Below, in pieces: positions 19,115 through 28,257 of a DNA stretch of 64,000 nt. Origin of the DNA: an uncultured Gammaproteobacteria bacterium (GTDB lineage: Bacteria > Patescibacteriota > Patescibacteriia > SG8-24); assembly GCA_964626205.1 (NCBI GenBank), contig CAZVED010000005.1:31603-95602 (forward strand), read 5' to 3'. Every line of letters starts with the position of its first letter. The first letter of the stretch is position 1. The notes under the pieces were generated by a model. It worked only from the letters and a program-made list of their open reading frames with translations, made no database searches and was not told the DNA's origin. A program made the translations under genes and the position numbers.

Positions 19115-20038
19115 TCAAGCAAGGAACCTTTGTACGTCTCGCGTCGCTTGCCCGACCGTCCGCACCCACACGATGCGCTTATCGCGCCGAAACCAAGTCA
19201 TTTGCCGCTTCGCATACCTCCGCGTTTCGCGCTTGATGCGCTCGACCGCTTCCTCAAACGATACTTCTCCGCGCAAAAACTGCCCCAACTGCCGATGACC
19301 GAGCGAGGAAAGCACCGGATGCTCCCATCCGTACCGCTTACCGAGCCGCTCCGACTCCTTAAGGAGACCGGCGCGCAGCATAAGGTCGACCCGTCGGTCG
19401 ATTCGCCGGACAAGCTCGCTGCGTTCACGCGTGACACCAAGCTTCAAGGCGTCATATCGTGGCGTTCCTCGGCGCTGCAGTTCGGAAAACGGCTTCCCTG
19501 TCGCATGAATGACCTCCAACGCCCGCGTGATGAACCGCCGGTTCTGCGGAGTGATACGCGCGGCATACACCGGGTCCAACCGGACAAGCTCTGCGAACAA
19601 GTCATACGTTTCACGACGCTCTAATCCCTTTCGCACAGCCGGATTCGCCACAACCTTGGGAATGGAGAAGTTCTCCACGACCGCATCGACATATAAGCCT
19701 GTTCCGCCGACAAGGATCGGTACATGCCCGCGTTTCACGATTTCCCGCACCTTGCGAGTGACCATGCGCTGAAACTGCGCGGCTGTCACCTGCGCAGACG
19801 GCGCACGGAACGCCATTAGATGATGCGCGATGCCGTCGACCCAATAGGCGCGGACACCGCGCTTCGTCGCCCATTCCCCCTCCGGTACTGCCGCCCCGAT
19901 GCTCATACCGCGATAGAACTGCCGCGAGTCCGCAGAAATGACCTCGCCCTTAAACCGCTTCGCCAACGCCAAAGAAAGATCCGTCTTTCCGGACGCTGTA
20001 GGACCGACAATGACGATAAGTTTAGGCAGCTTCTGCAT
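19115..20038 (-). CDS. miaA: tRNA dimethylallyltransferase
   Basis: P-loop IVIVGPTASGKTDLSLALA. A TTGTCA-17-TATCGT promoter-like sequence lies immediately upstream on the minus strand. Confidence 0.9.
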   Translation of the reverse strand: MQKLPKLIVIVGPTASGKTDLSLALAKRFKGEVISADSRQFYRGMSIGAAVPEGEWATKRGVRAYWVDGIAHHLMAFRAPSAQVTAAQFQRMVTRKVREIVKRGHVPILVGGTGLYVDAVVENFSIPKVVANPAVRKGLERRETYDLFAELVRLDPVYAARITPQNRRFITRALEVIHATGKPFSELQRRGTPRYDALKLGVTRERSELVRRIDRRVDLMLRAGLLKESERLGKRYGWEHPVLSSLGHRQLGQFLRGEVSFEEAVERIKRETRRYAKRQMTWFRRDKRIVWVRTVGQATRDVQRFLA

Positions 20039-20069
20039 ATACGACGCACGATAGCATCATGCTTTCACG

Positions 20070-20098
20070 TTGACAATTTGGCTTATTTTGGCTATGGT
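20070..20098 (+). promoter_or_regulatory. sigma70-like promoter TTGACA-17-TATGGT. Its spacer is the TGGCTTATTTTGGCT motif (copy 2, 20079-20093)
   Basis: ttgaca at 20070-20075, 17-nt spacer atttggcttattttggc, tatggt at 20093-20098. Drives the 20118-20657 gene and is divergent from the miaA promoter. Confidence 0.6.
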
Positions 20099-20117
20099 TC
20101 ATCCATACCTTACGCAT

Positions 20118-20657
20118 ATGGCACTCGGAGAAATGAACCCATCCAACGAGCAATGGACTGAACGCGCTCAACGAGAAACCGTCGCTGCGCGCGAAGTACG
20201 TCGTCAGGAATCCCCCGAGCGCGCGGCAGCCGCCAATGCTCCAGAGCAAACAGAGGATGAAAGGCTCGAGGAATTCGTCGCGACACTCACGCCGGAACGT
20301 CTGCGCGCGGAAGAAGCTCGGCTCGAAGACTTCATCAAGGCATTCCAAAAGGATCTTGGCGACCTCATGGATCTTGCTCCGGAATCTACCGCGCTCGCGC
20401 AAGAGCTTGTCGCCGGAGACATGAAAATGCTCCAGGCCATCCAGCTGCAGCGTGGGCGCCTTGGCGACGGCCGCATGGAGATTCCGCGTGCACCGAAGGT
20501 TGCTGCGGAATACGCACAAACCATGCGCCCGGAAGAATTCACGGAAGCGCAAAAAGGCTCATCCGCGACCGTTCCACCTCCGGCGCGACGGAAACGGCCA
20601 GCGCAGGACATCAGCAACGCCCCGACGGAATTCCCCAAATCCGACCTTCCAAACTGA
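20118..20657 (+). CDS. hypothetical acidic protein (179 aa)
   Basis: MALGEMNPSNEQWTERAQRE... downstream of a consensus-like promoter and followed by a terminator. Alternative start at 20133. Confidence 0.45.
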   Translation: MALGEMNPSNEQWTERAQRETVAAREVRRQESPERAAAANAPEQTEDERLEEFVATLTPERLRAEEARLEDFIKAFQKDLGDLMDLAPESTALAQELVAGDMKMLQAIQLQRGRLGDGRMEIPRAPKVAAEYAQTMRPEEFTEAQKGSSATVPPPARRKRPAQDISNAPTEFPKSDLPN

Positions 20658-20670
20658 CTATTCGACAACA

Positions 20671-20698
20671 ACGACCGGCTGCCACCGGTCGTTTTGCA
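20671..20698 (+). terminator. rho-independent terminator
   Basis: acgaccggctgccaccggtcgt followed by tttgcatt. Confidence 0.6.
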
Positions 20699-20822
20699 TT
20701 CCCTGCCATACGACGCGGCCCCATTGACAAACCGCCGGAAATCCCCTATAGTCACGTGTTCGTCAAAAGACGAAAGATGCCTTGGTTTTTCCACGGCATC
20801 TCAAACACAAGGAGCTTGCCGT

Positions 20823-21225
20823 GGGAAACCACAACGTTATCGATCTTTTCGCAGGAAAGCGCGCACAGCAGCGCCTTCGTCATCTGTTCGGAAGCTTCGT
20901 GGGGACCTACGACAACCCGGCGATTCGTGGAGGAAGGCTCGCCTTCGTGCTCTACGCGCCCGGCAGCGCCGCCGACCCGTCCTTGCTCCGTTCCCTCATC
21001 GCCAAAGTCACGCTGCCCGGCAGCGACATGGTGCACGAAGCGCGCATCACGGAGGTCGAGCACGACCCCGAGCGCGGCCTCTACTGGCTCTACACCGCAC
21101 CTGGCTCCCTGCCCGTTCCGGATACCACCGGAGCGATGCAGCTGGCGCTCCGAAGTTCGTGCGGCAAGCACTGTTTCGAAGGCGTCCCAACGATTCCATC
21201 GAAGCGAGCCACCGAAAAATCCTGA
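20823..21225 (+). CDS. hypothetical protein (GTG start, 134 aa)
   Basis: aaggag 6 nt before GTG at 20823. Terminator directly after the stop. No homology recognised. The overlapping minus ORF looks like a GC artefact. Confidence 0.35.
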
Positions 21226-21229
21226 CTCC

Positions 21230-21257
21230 AGCTCCTGTCATACGGGAGCTTTTTTTA
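21230..21257 (+). terminator. rho-independent terminator
   Basis: agctcctgtcatacgggagct followed by ttttttt. Confidence 0.7.
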
Positions 21258-21273
21258 TCCATCCAAGTGTCCA

Positions 21274-21777
21274 TTGCGATTGACAAAACCGCTCATTTCT
21301 GCTATATTTCTTGGTAGCAACCTAACCATGAACAGTATGGGGAAACCCGAAATGCTGTGGGGAAACGCGCCGGACGCACCCGAGCTCCACGACGACGAGT
21401 CGCCGGAAGCCAAGCTGCAGCGCGAAGAAAATGAGCGCGCCAAGGACCGCCTGAACGCGGCGTCGTTCACGGAAGAGCTCGAGAAGACACCAAGCGAGCG
21501 CATGCACGAAAAGCTCGACGCAGAATCCTTCACTCAGGCATTGGAGATCGCACAAGCCGCAACACTCAACGACATCGACCCGCTCATCCGCGAACTCAAC
21601 AAGAAAGCCAGCGATCTCGACACCTACCGTAAAGGTATGGATGACGACTCGGAGCTCGCAAGCGAACTCGACAAGGATCTCGCGCGCCTCACCTCCTTGC
21701 TCGAGGCCGCAACAAACCGACGCCGGGATCTCCTCAAGACTATGCCGGTCAGCGACGACGAAATCGAGTCCATCTAA
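21274..21777 (+). CDS. hypothetical acidic coiled-coil protein (start possibly 21328)
   Basis: Rich in E/D/K/L: EAKLQREENERAKDRLNAASFTEELEK... No family recognised. Confidence 0.4.
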   Translation: MRLTKPLISAIFLGSNLTMNSMGKPEMLWGNAPDAPELHDDESPEAKLQREENERAKDRLNAASFTEELEKTPSERMHEKLDAESFTQALEIAQAATLNDIDPLIRELNKKASDLDTYRKGMDDDSELASELDKDLARLTSLLEAATNRRRDLLKTMPVSDDEIESI

Positions 21778-21792
21778 CCTCACGCCACGCAT

Positions 21793-22677
21793 ATGCCACG
21801 ACACGAAACACTCAGGCCATCCGGAATGGAACATCCTGAGGACTCGCACTCCGGTGCCCCGGAACTCGGTGCAGGAGACGCCCCTGCAAAAAAGATCGAC
21901 TCCAAGGAAACACGCGATTCCGGTATTTGGAAGAAAGGCGAGGACTCTGACGAACTCATCTCCCCTGAGGAAGAGGCGCGCTTGGAAATGAAGCGCGCGG
22001 AAACGAAGCAGGCCGTGCAGGACGAAGCTGCCATTGCGCAGGCCCGCATGGAGGCCAAAATGGCCGATCGCGGCCCAGGCAGCCTTGAGACGTCCGCGGC
22101 GATGCATGAAGCCGTCGGCGCTTCTGCGGAAGCCTTGCAGCGCAAAGAGAGCGAGGCGGTTGCCAAGGGAGTCGAATACCGCAGCACGCTTCTCCCCGAG
22201 AACGCCGGTAGCTTCGAGGGTGAAGAAGAGATCGAGGTAACAGACGACATGCTCACGGAGATTCAGACCGGAGCGCATGTCGACGCGGAAGCAGCAAAGA
22301 CCCGCCTCGTCGCGGCCGAAGCCCGTCTTGCAGAGCTGAACGGCGCCGGTGGCGTTGATGCGCTCGAGAAGTCCCTCAAGGACAAGTACGGCTACGATGT
22401 CACGAACGTCGTCGGACGCTCCGGCATCATGGGCAAAATGAAGATGGGCTTCAAATCCCTGCTCAGCCCTGGTTTCAGTGCCATGAAGAAGACCTACGAG
22501 ATGCGCCTCACCGAAAAGAACGCGCTCCAGGAGCAAGTCGCCATGGACAAGGCCATCGTCGCGGATCCGGAAGGGTTCGCCGCGCGCTCCAAGGCGAAGG
22601 CATCCGAACGCCGCATGAGCCGCCCGACAAAGGGCTCCTCTGGCAGCATGGGTATCGGCCGCAAGGGTCCGCAGTAA
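21793..22677 (+). CDS. hypothetical acidic protein (294 aa)
   Basis: A long ORF in the only protein-free frame region, followed by a terminator. No family recognised. Confidence 0.4.
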   Translation: MPRHETLRPSGMEHPEDSHSGAPELGAGDAPAKKIDSKETRDSGIWKKGEDSDELISPEEEARLEMKRAETKQAVQDEAAIAQARMEAKMADRGPGSLETSAAMHEAVGASAEALQRKESEAVAKGVEYRSTLLPENAGSFEGEEEIEVTDDMLTEIQTGAHVDAEAAKTRLVAAEARLAELNGAGGVDALEKSLKDKYGYDVTNVVGRSGIMGKMKMGFKSLLSPGFSAMKKTYEMRLTEKNALQEQVAMDKAIVADPEGFAARSKAKASERRMSRPTKGSSGSMGIGRKGPQ

Positions 22678-22692
22678 CCCGCCAGCAATACG

Positions 22693-22726
22693 AAAACCGC
22701 CCCTTACGGGGCGGTTTTCTGTTTTC
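22693..22726. terminator. bidirectional terminator between the hypothetical gene (+) and thrS (-)
   Basis: aaaaccgccccttacggggcggtttt. Confidence 0.7.
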
Positions 22727-22737
22727 AGAACACGTGT

Positions 22738-24561
22738 CTACAGTTCCATCTTGCGCTCCCGAATACCGGTCGCGACGTGGACAATGAAGTCTTCAAGCTT
22801 CATAGGGACCTCTTCCTCCTTGCCACGGATGCGAATCATCATGTCGTCGAGCGCAGCTTCCTTTTCGCCGACCACGATCATGTACGGCACCTTGAGCTTC
22901 GCGGCGTTGCGAATCTTCTTACCGACCGTGTCGTCGGAGGCGTCCACGGCGGAACGGATACCTGCGGCAAGAAGCTTCGCATGAAGCCGTTCAGCAATCT
23001 CCACATGGTCGCGACCGACCGGCACTACTTGCACCTGCGTCGGTGCGAGCCAGACCGGGAACGCGCCAGCAAAGTGCTCGATGAGGATGGAGAGGAAACG
23101 CTCCACGGAGCCGAGGATGGCGCGGTGAATCATGACTGGGCGGTGCTTCACGCCGTCGTCGCCCATATAGGAAAGATTAAAGCGCTCCGGAAGGTTGAAG
23201 TCGAGCTGGATGGTGGCAAGCTGCCATTCACGGCCGATGGCATCCGTCGCGATGAAGTCGATCTTCGGGCCGTAGAACGCGGCTTCCCCAACGCCCTCGA
23301 CATACTGCTTCTCCCGCTTCTCGAGCAGCGCCGCGAGTGCGGATTCGGCTTTCTCCCACACCTCGTCGGAACCGAGGTAGGCACCGGGGTTCTTCGGGTC
23401 GCGAACAGAAAGACGAATGCGGAGTGGCATACCGAAACCAGCATAGAACTTCTCGATGACGTCCAAGACGCCGTTGGCTTCGTGCTCGATCTGGTCCGGT
23501 CGGCAGAAGACATGCGCGTCATCTTGCGTAATGGCACGGACGCGAGAGAGGCCTTGCAACTGCCCGGTGTTCTCGTCGCGGTAGACGGACGTGACTTCCG
23601 AGAAGCGCAGTGGAAGGTCGCGGTAGCTACGCGGCTGGGAGTCGTAAATCTGCGTGTGGTGCGGGCAGTTCATCGGCTTCATCACGAAACGCTCGTCCGT
23701 CTTCTTGCTGGAGACGTAGAACAGGTCGTCCTCGAACTTCTCCAAGTGGCCGGAGGTGGCGTAGAGGTCGGTCTTGGTGATGTGCGGAATCCACACCGGC
23801 GTGTAGCCGAGCGGAACCTGCAACGCCTGCACGAACGCTTCGAGCTCGCGGCGGAGTAACGTGCCGCGCGGGGTAAACATCGGGAGCCCCGGACCGACGA
23901 GATTGGAGAACGTGAAGAGGTCGAGCTCTTGGCCCAGCTTGCGATGATCGCGCTTCTCGGCTTCCTCCAACATCTTGAGGTGCGCTTCGAGTTCGTCCTT
24001 GGTAGGGAAAGCGAAGCCGTACACGCGCTGCAGCTGCGCGTTCTCCTGGTTGCCGCGCCAATACGCACCAGCGACGGACTTGAGCTTCACCGCGCCGATG
24101 AGCTTGGACGACTCCACGTGCGGGCCACGACAGAGGTCCACAAACTCGCCGGTGCGGTAGATGCTCGCGATGTCCGGCTTGGCAGTATCGAACTCCCCTT
24201 CCTCTTCCTCGCTCACGACCGCGGTCGTACCGCGCGTCTTCAAGTCGGTAAGGAGCTCCACCTTGAAGTCCTGTCCCTTCTCCTTGAAGAACGCGATGGC
24301 ATCATCGATCGGCATCTCTTCGCGGACGAACGGAAGGTCACGCTGCATGATCTTCTCCATGCGCTTCTCGATCTTGGCGAGGTCGAGCGGCGTGAGCTTG
24401 TGCTCCATCGCGATGTCGTAAAAGAAGCCGTGCTCGATGACCGGGCCGACGCCGAGCTTTGCATCCGGCCACAACTCCAAGACCGCGGCTGCCATCACGT
24501 GGGCTGCGGAGTGGCGCATGCTGTCGGTTTGGGTGAAATCTTGGGGCTTGATTGCTGCCAT
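22738..24561 (-). CDS. thrS: threonine--tRNA ligase lacking the N-terminal TGS domain
   Basis: Begins at the editing-domain HxxxH region (RHSAAHVMAAAVLELWPDAKLGVGPVIEHGFFYD). Class II motifs, RDHRKLGQELDLF and an anticodon-binding domain are present. 607 aa against about 640 for full-length enzymes. Confidence 0.92.
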   Translation of the reverse strand: MAAIKPQDFTQTDSMRHSAAHVMAAAVLELWPDAKLGVGPVIEHGFFYDIAMEHKLTPLDLAKIEKRMEKIMQRDLPFVREEMPIDDAIAFFKEKGQDFKVELLTDLKTRGTTAVVSEEEEGEFDTAKPDIASIYRTGEFVDLCRGPHVESSKLIGAVKLKSVAGAYWRGNQENAQLQRVYGFAFPTKDELEAHLKMLEEAEKRDHRKLGQELDLFTFSNLVGPGLPMFTPRGTLLRRELEAFVQALQVPLGYTPVWIPHITKTDLYATSGHLEKFEDDLFYVSSKKTDERFVMKPMNCPHHTQIYDSQPRSYRDLPLRFSEVTSVYRDENTGQLQGLSRVRAITQDDAHVFCRPDQIEHEANGVLDVIEKFYAGFGMPLRIRLSVRDPKNPGAYLGSDEVWEKAESALAALLEKREKQYVEGVGEAAFYGPKIDFIATDAIGREWQLATIQLDFNLPERFNLSYMGDDGVKHRPVMIHRAILGSVERFLSILIEHFAGAFPVWLAPTQVQVVPVGRDHVEIAERLHAKLLAAGIRSAVDASDDTVGKKIRNAAKLKVPYMIVVGEKEAALDDMMIRIRGKEEEVPMKLEDFIVHVATGIRERKMEL

Positions 24562-24733
24562 ATGCTGCTGACTACAGGCTTAAAACCGCTTTCCATGGTA
24601 CGCCGTCTACCATTGGACGGCAAGGGCCGAAAGAGTGCCAGTGACCACTTGACCGAAACGGGTATATACGGTAAGAAGCGCTGGCAACGTCCCTTCACAA
24701 CCCACATCGGATCACCATGAAAGGGGGCGAACA

Positions 24734-25456
24734 ATGCCCATCCTAGAGTACCTGCTCGCCTTCGAGAACTTCCCTTTCCTCTTTGCCTTGCTGATGGGCA
24801 TCATCTTCACCGTCGGCTCGGCCATCGGCATCGGACATACGGACGTCGACGTGGATGCGGACGCACACGCCGACATCGACACCGACCACTCCGTCGCGCA
24901 TACCCACGAGATCCCGGGGCATGACCAACACGGCGGGAACCCGCTCGACACGCAACCGGACCAGCACCTTCGCTCGCGAACGATGCGGGTGCTGTCCTTC
25001 TTCGGCATCGGGAAGGTCCCCTTCTCCGTCATCCTGACCACCGCGTGCTTCCTCTTCGGCATCACCGGCATGGTCGCAAACCAGTTCTTGGCGCCCGTCT
25101 TCAAGATCGGCGCCATCTACGGATGGATGTCGCTGGGCGCCGCGCTGTTCGTCACGATCGCGCTCACTGGCCGCTTCGCGCGGCTCGTAAACCGCATCAT
25201 GCCGAGCACCGAAACGTACCCCACGCACGAAACCGACCTCGTCGGCTGCGTGGGTACCACCGAACTAACGACGACCGAGACGTTCGGCCGCGCGAACGTG
25301 CGGAGCCCCAACGGGGACCTCCACACGATCGCCTGCCGTACGGAAAGCGGTTCGATCCCTTCGGGGGCCGAAGTGTATGTCGCCGGCTACGACGCGGCGA
25401 CGCGGACCTACCTCGTCTCGACGGAAAACGCAACCCTTCGCTTGCTTGCAGACTGA
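24734..25456 (+). CDS. NfeD-like membrane protein (membrane N-terminus + C-terminal OB-fold)
   Basis: Hydrophobic N-terminal half, His/Asp-rich loop, C-terminal beta-rich GRANVRSPNGDLHTIACRTESG...VYVAGYD. Directly upstream of a flotillin gene, the classic NfeD-SPFH pairing. Confidence 0.55.
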   Translation: MPILEYLLAFENFPFLFALLMGIIFTVGSAIGIGHTDVDVDADAHADIDTDHSVAHTHEIPGHDQHGGNPLDTQPDQHLRSRTMRVLSFFGIGKVPFSVILTTACFLFGITGMVANQFLAPVFKIGAIYGWMSLGAALFVTIALTGRFARLVNRIMPSTETYPTHETDLVGCVGTTELTTTETFGRANVRSPNGDLHTIACRTESGSIPSGAEVYVAGYDAATRTYLVSTENATLRLLAD

Positions 25457-25492
25457 ACCATCACACGGAACGAAAGGTACAGGTACGAAACA

Positions 25493-27370
25493 ATGGCCAT
25501 CATTCTCGGATTACTCCTCTTCGGCATCGCGATGATCGTCGCGGGTGTCGGCATGAACGCCGCCGGCATGGAGATCGGGGCACTCGCCACGAGCTTCCTG
25601 CTCGGCGGCGGAGGCCTCTTCGCCATCGGCAGCTCGACGCTGCTCATCTTCCAGAAGCTGTACGTGAAAACGACCGCCAACATGGCCTTCGTGCGTACTG
25701 GCACAGGCGGCTTCAAGGTCGTCATGGACGGCGGTGCGATTGTCATCCCCTTCCTGCACGAAATCATCTTCATCTCGCTCAGCACGCACAAGATCGAGGT
25801 CAGGCGCGAAGGAAAGGACGCATTCCTCACGAAGGATTTCCTTCGCGCAGACGTTCGTGCCGAATTCTACGTAAAGGTACCCGCAACGAGCGAGACCATT
25901 CGAGATGCAGCACGTTCGTTCACGGGCGGCATGCGGACCAGCGCTGACCTGCAAGTCCTCGTCGAGGAAAAGGTCGGATCCGCACTGCGTACGGTGGCAA
26001 ACGGCCTCACGCTCAACGAGCTGAACTCGAATCGCGAGCAGTTTAGGAAGACGGTGATGGAAGAGCTCACGGAGACCCTAACGAAGAACGGCCTCACTCT
26101 CGAAGACACGACCATCTCCAAGCTCGACCAGACCTCGCCGGAATTCCTGAGCATGGACAACATCTTCGATGCTCAAGGTCGTCGCGCCATCACGGTGCTC
26201 ACCGAAGCGGAGATGACGAAGACGAACGAGGCTCAAAGGAACGGCGAGCTTGCACGCAAGCAGCGCGACGTCGAGACCAGGAAGCTCCTGCTCGCGCAGG
26301 AGCAGGACCAGCAGATCGCCGAAGCCGAGCAGTCAGCGGCAATCACGCGCGCGAAGGCTGAACGCGAAGCCGAGGTGAAGAAGTCCGCAGCTGAACAGGA
26401 GCGCATCGCACGCGAGAAGCAGATCGAGACGCAGCGTCTCGTCCAACTTGCGGACGTGAAACGGCAGCAGGAGATCGAAGTCGCGGAACAGACGCGCCAG
26501 CAAGCCGTCGCCGTCGCGGCAGAGGCCCAGAAACAAGCCGTCGTCGCGGCGCAACAGCAGGTGGAAGTCGCCGAGCGCGCCAAGGAGCAGGCCATCGCGG
26601 TAGCTGAGACCCAGCGTACCCAGGCGGAGACCGAGCGCGCGGAGGCGGAAGCCAAGCGTGAAGAGGCCCGCCAGGCCATCACCACCGTCGAACAGGTCGC
26701 AGCAGCGGAGCGCGAGAAGAAGCGCGCCGTCATCGCAGCAGAAGGCGAGGCGGAGAAGCGCTACATCGAACAGAAGCGTACCGCGGACGCCAACGCCTAC
26801 GCCAAGACGGCCGAAGCCGACGCCGACAAGGCGGCGGCACAAGCCAGCGCGGCAGCGACCGTCGCCAAGGCGAACGCCGACCGTGACGCGCAGATCGCGC
26901 GCGCGGAAGGTCTCAAGGCCGAGGCCATGGTCCCCGTCGAGGTCAAGCGCAGCGAGGTCGAAGTCGACCGCGACCGCGTCGAGACCGTGCTCAAGCCCGA
27001 GCTCGCCGCGCGCGAGCAATCCGGCAAAATCGCCCAGGAGTTCGAGCTGGAGAAGCTGCGCATCGCCGCGATGCAGGTGGTCAAGACCGCCGTCGCCGAG
27101 CACTCCAGCAAGATCTTCCACGGCATGAACGCCAAGCTCTTCGGCACCCCCGACGACGTGGCGCGCGCCTACAAGAGCTTCCAGGACGGCAATGCCGGCA
27201 TGGAAGTCCTGAACGGCGTCATGGCCGCGCTGCCTCCGGCGGCGCAGGCGCAGGTCCAAGCGACGATCGCCGCCCTCGCGAAGAAGATCGGTGTCGAGCT
27301 GCCCGAGGCGACGCAAGCGCCCACCAAGGACGCCAGCGAAGACGCGGGAACCACCGAGAACGCCTCCTGA
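25493..27370 (+). CDS. SPFH/band-7 flotillin-like protein
   Basis: N-terminal TM helices, an SPFH domain, then a long Ala/Glu/Gln-rich coiled coil (EAEQSAAITRAKAEREAEVKK...), the typical flotillin (FloT/YuaG) architecture. Confidence 0.8.
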   Translation: MAIILGLLLFGIAMIVAGVGMNAAGMEIGALATSFLLGGGGLFAIGSSTLLIFQKLYVKTTANMAFVRTGTGGFKVVMDGGAIVIPFLHEIIFISLSTHKIEVRREGKDAFLTKDFLRADVRAEFYVKVPATSETIRDAARSFTGGMRTSADLQVLVEEKVGSALRTVANGLTLNELNSNREQFRKTVMEELTETLTKNGLTLEDTTISKLDQTSPEFLSMDNIFDAQGRRAITVLTEAEMTKTNEAQRNGELARKQRDVETRKLLLAQEQDQQIAEAEQSAAITRAKAEREAEVKKSAAEQERIAREKQIETQRLVQLADVKRQQEIEVAEQTRQQAVAVAAEAQKQAVVAAQQQVEVAERAKEQAIAVAETQRTQAETERAEAEAKREEARQAITTVEQVAAAEREKKRAVIAAEGEAEKRYIEQKRTADANAYAKTAEADADKAAAQASAAATVAKANADRDAQIARAEGLKAEAMVPVEVKRSEVEVDRDRVETVLKPELAAREQSGKIAQEFELEKLRIAAMQVVKTAVAEHSSKIFHGMNAKLFGTPDDVARAYKSFQDGNAGMEVLNGVMAALPPAAQAQVQATIAALAKKIGVELPEATQAPTKDASEDAGTTENAS

Positions 27371-27396
27371 TCCGAGTGCGGAAGTAACTGACGTAC

Positions 27397-27427
27397 CGCT
27401 CCCCGAGCTTTCGGGGGGCGGTTTTTT
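27397..27427 (+). terminator. rho-independent terminator after the flotillin gene
   Basis: ccgctccccgagctttcggggggcgg followed by ttttttc. Confidence 0.65.
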
Positions 27428-27437
27428 CATGCTCAAC

Positions 27438-27467
27438 AAAAAAAGACCGCCCTAGAAGGGCGGCCGC
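27438..27467 (-). terminator. rho-independent terminator for the minus-strand gene ending at 27471
   Basis: The minus strand reads gccgcccttctagggcggtc followed by tttttttg. Confidence 0.65.
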
Positions 27468-27470
27468 AAC

Positions 27471-28166
27471 TCATTCGTCATCCGACAGGACGGCATGCAG
27501 TCGCTTGAGGCGTTCCTCGCCGCCGAAGAACATGGCGGTGACCTCGTCGGTCGTGGCGAGCGCGGCATACTCCTTGAGACGCGGCTCGAACTCCTTGTCC
27601 GTACCGCTGCGGCGATACGCGACTTCGTGGACCATACGGCGCACGATGCGTGTGCCGTCGCTCGGCATCACCGCGTTGGTGCCCGAGTGGTCGGCATCGT
27701 ATGCGGTACGGCCGCAGACCACGCACCCGGCCTTGCCAGGGTAGCCTTCGTCGTCCGGACTGTTCCGTCCGTCGTAGCCGTCGGTGCGAAGCACGAACGG
27801 GTGCGGACACTCGCCCTGGAACTTCTCCCGCTCCGTCGCAAGACGTTTCCGCAACGCTTCGGCCTTGGCGACGGTGATGTTCCGCTTCGCAGCATCGCGT
27901 TCTAGGCGCTGCACGGCGGCGCGCGCCTTGCGCAAAGGCGCGTCGATTGCGGATCGGATGAACGCTGCTTCGTTCAGAACCTTGGCATAGCGCTCGAGCT
28001 CCCTCGCTTCTTCCTGCAGCTCGTTGATGCGCGTCTGACGTGGTCGCACGAAATCATCGATCTCTGTCTGCAGCAACGCTGCTTCGTCCTTGCAGCGGGA
28101 AACTTCTTGGTCACGCGTCATGCACGCGTCGATAAGCTGCTTTGCCGTGAAATCCAGGAACCGCAT
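27471..28166 (-). CDS. hypothetical protein: coiled-coil N-terminus + Cys/His zinc-ribbon-like C-terminal region
   Basis: Start MRFLDFTAKQ... with RBS aggaggg. ECPHPFV...GCVVCGRTAYDADHSG Cys/His cluster. The 344-aa track ORF is over-extended. Confidence 0.4.
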   Translation of the reverse strand: MRFLDFTAKQLIDACMTRDQEVSRCKDEAALLQTEIDDFVRPRQTRINELQEEARELERYAKVLNEAAFIRSAIDAPLRKARAAVQRLERDAAKRNITVAKAEALRKRLATEREKFQGECPHPFVLRTDGYDGRNSPDDEGYPGKAGCVVCGRTAYDADHSGTNAVMPSDGTRIVRRMVHEVAYRRSGTDKEFEPRLKEYAALATTDEVTAMFFGGEERLKRLHAVLSDDE

Positions 28167-28257
28167 ACGCCCTCCTCTGCCGGTACGAAAAAGACCAGGC
28201 TGCGGACAGCCTAGCAGAAACGGCCTTCCTCGGCAACCCTCCCCTCTTCTACCGGAC

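Noticed and set aside
19085-19624. 179-aa plus-strand ORF
   Set aside because: Antisense to miaA. Starts in the AT-rich island. No motifs.
22777-23859. 360-aa plus-strand ORF inside thrS
   Set aside because: Antisense to thrS. GC artefact.
24562-24733. T-box or other leader upstream of thrS
   Set aside because: No T-box consensus (AAUUAGGGUGGUACCGCG-type) on the minus strand, only generic hairpins.
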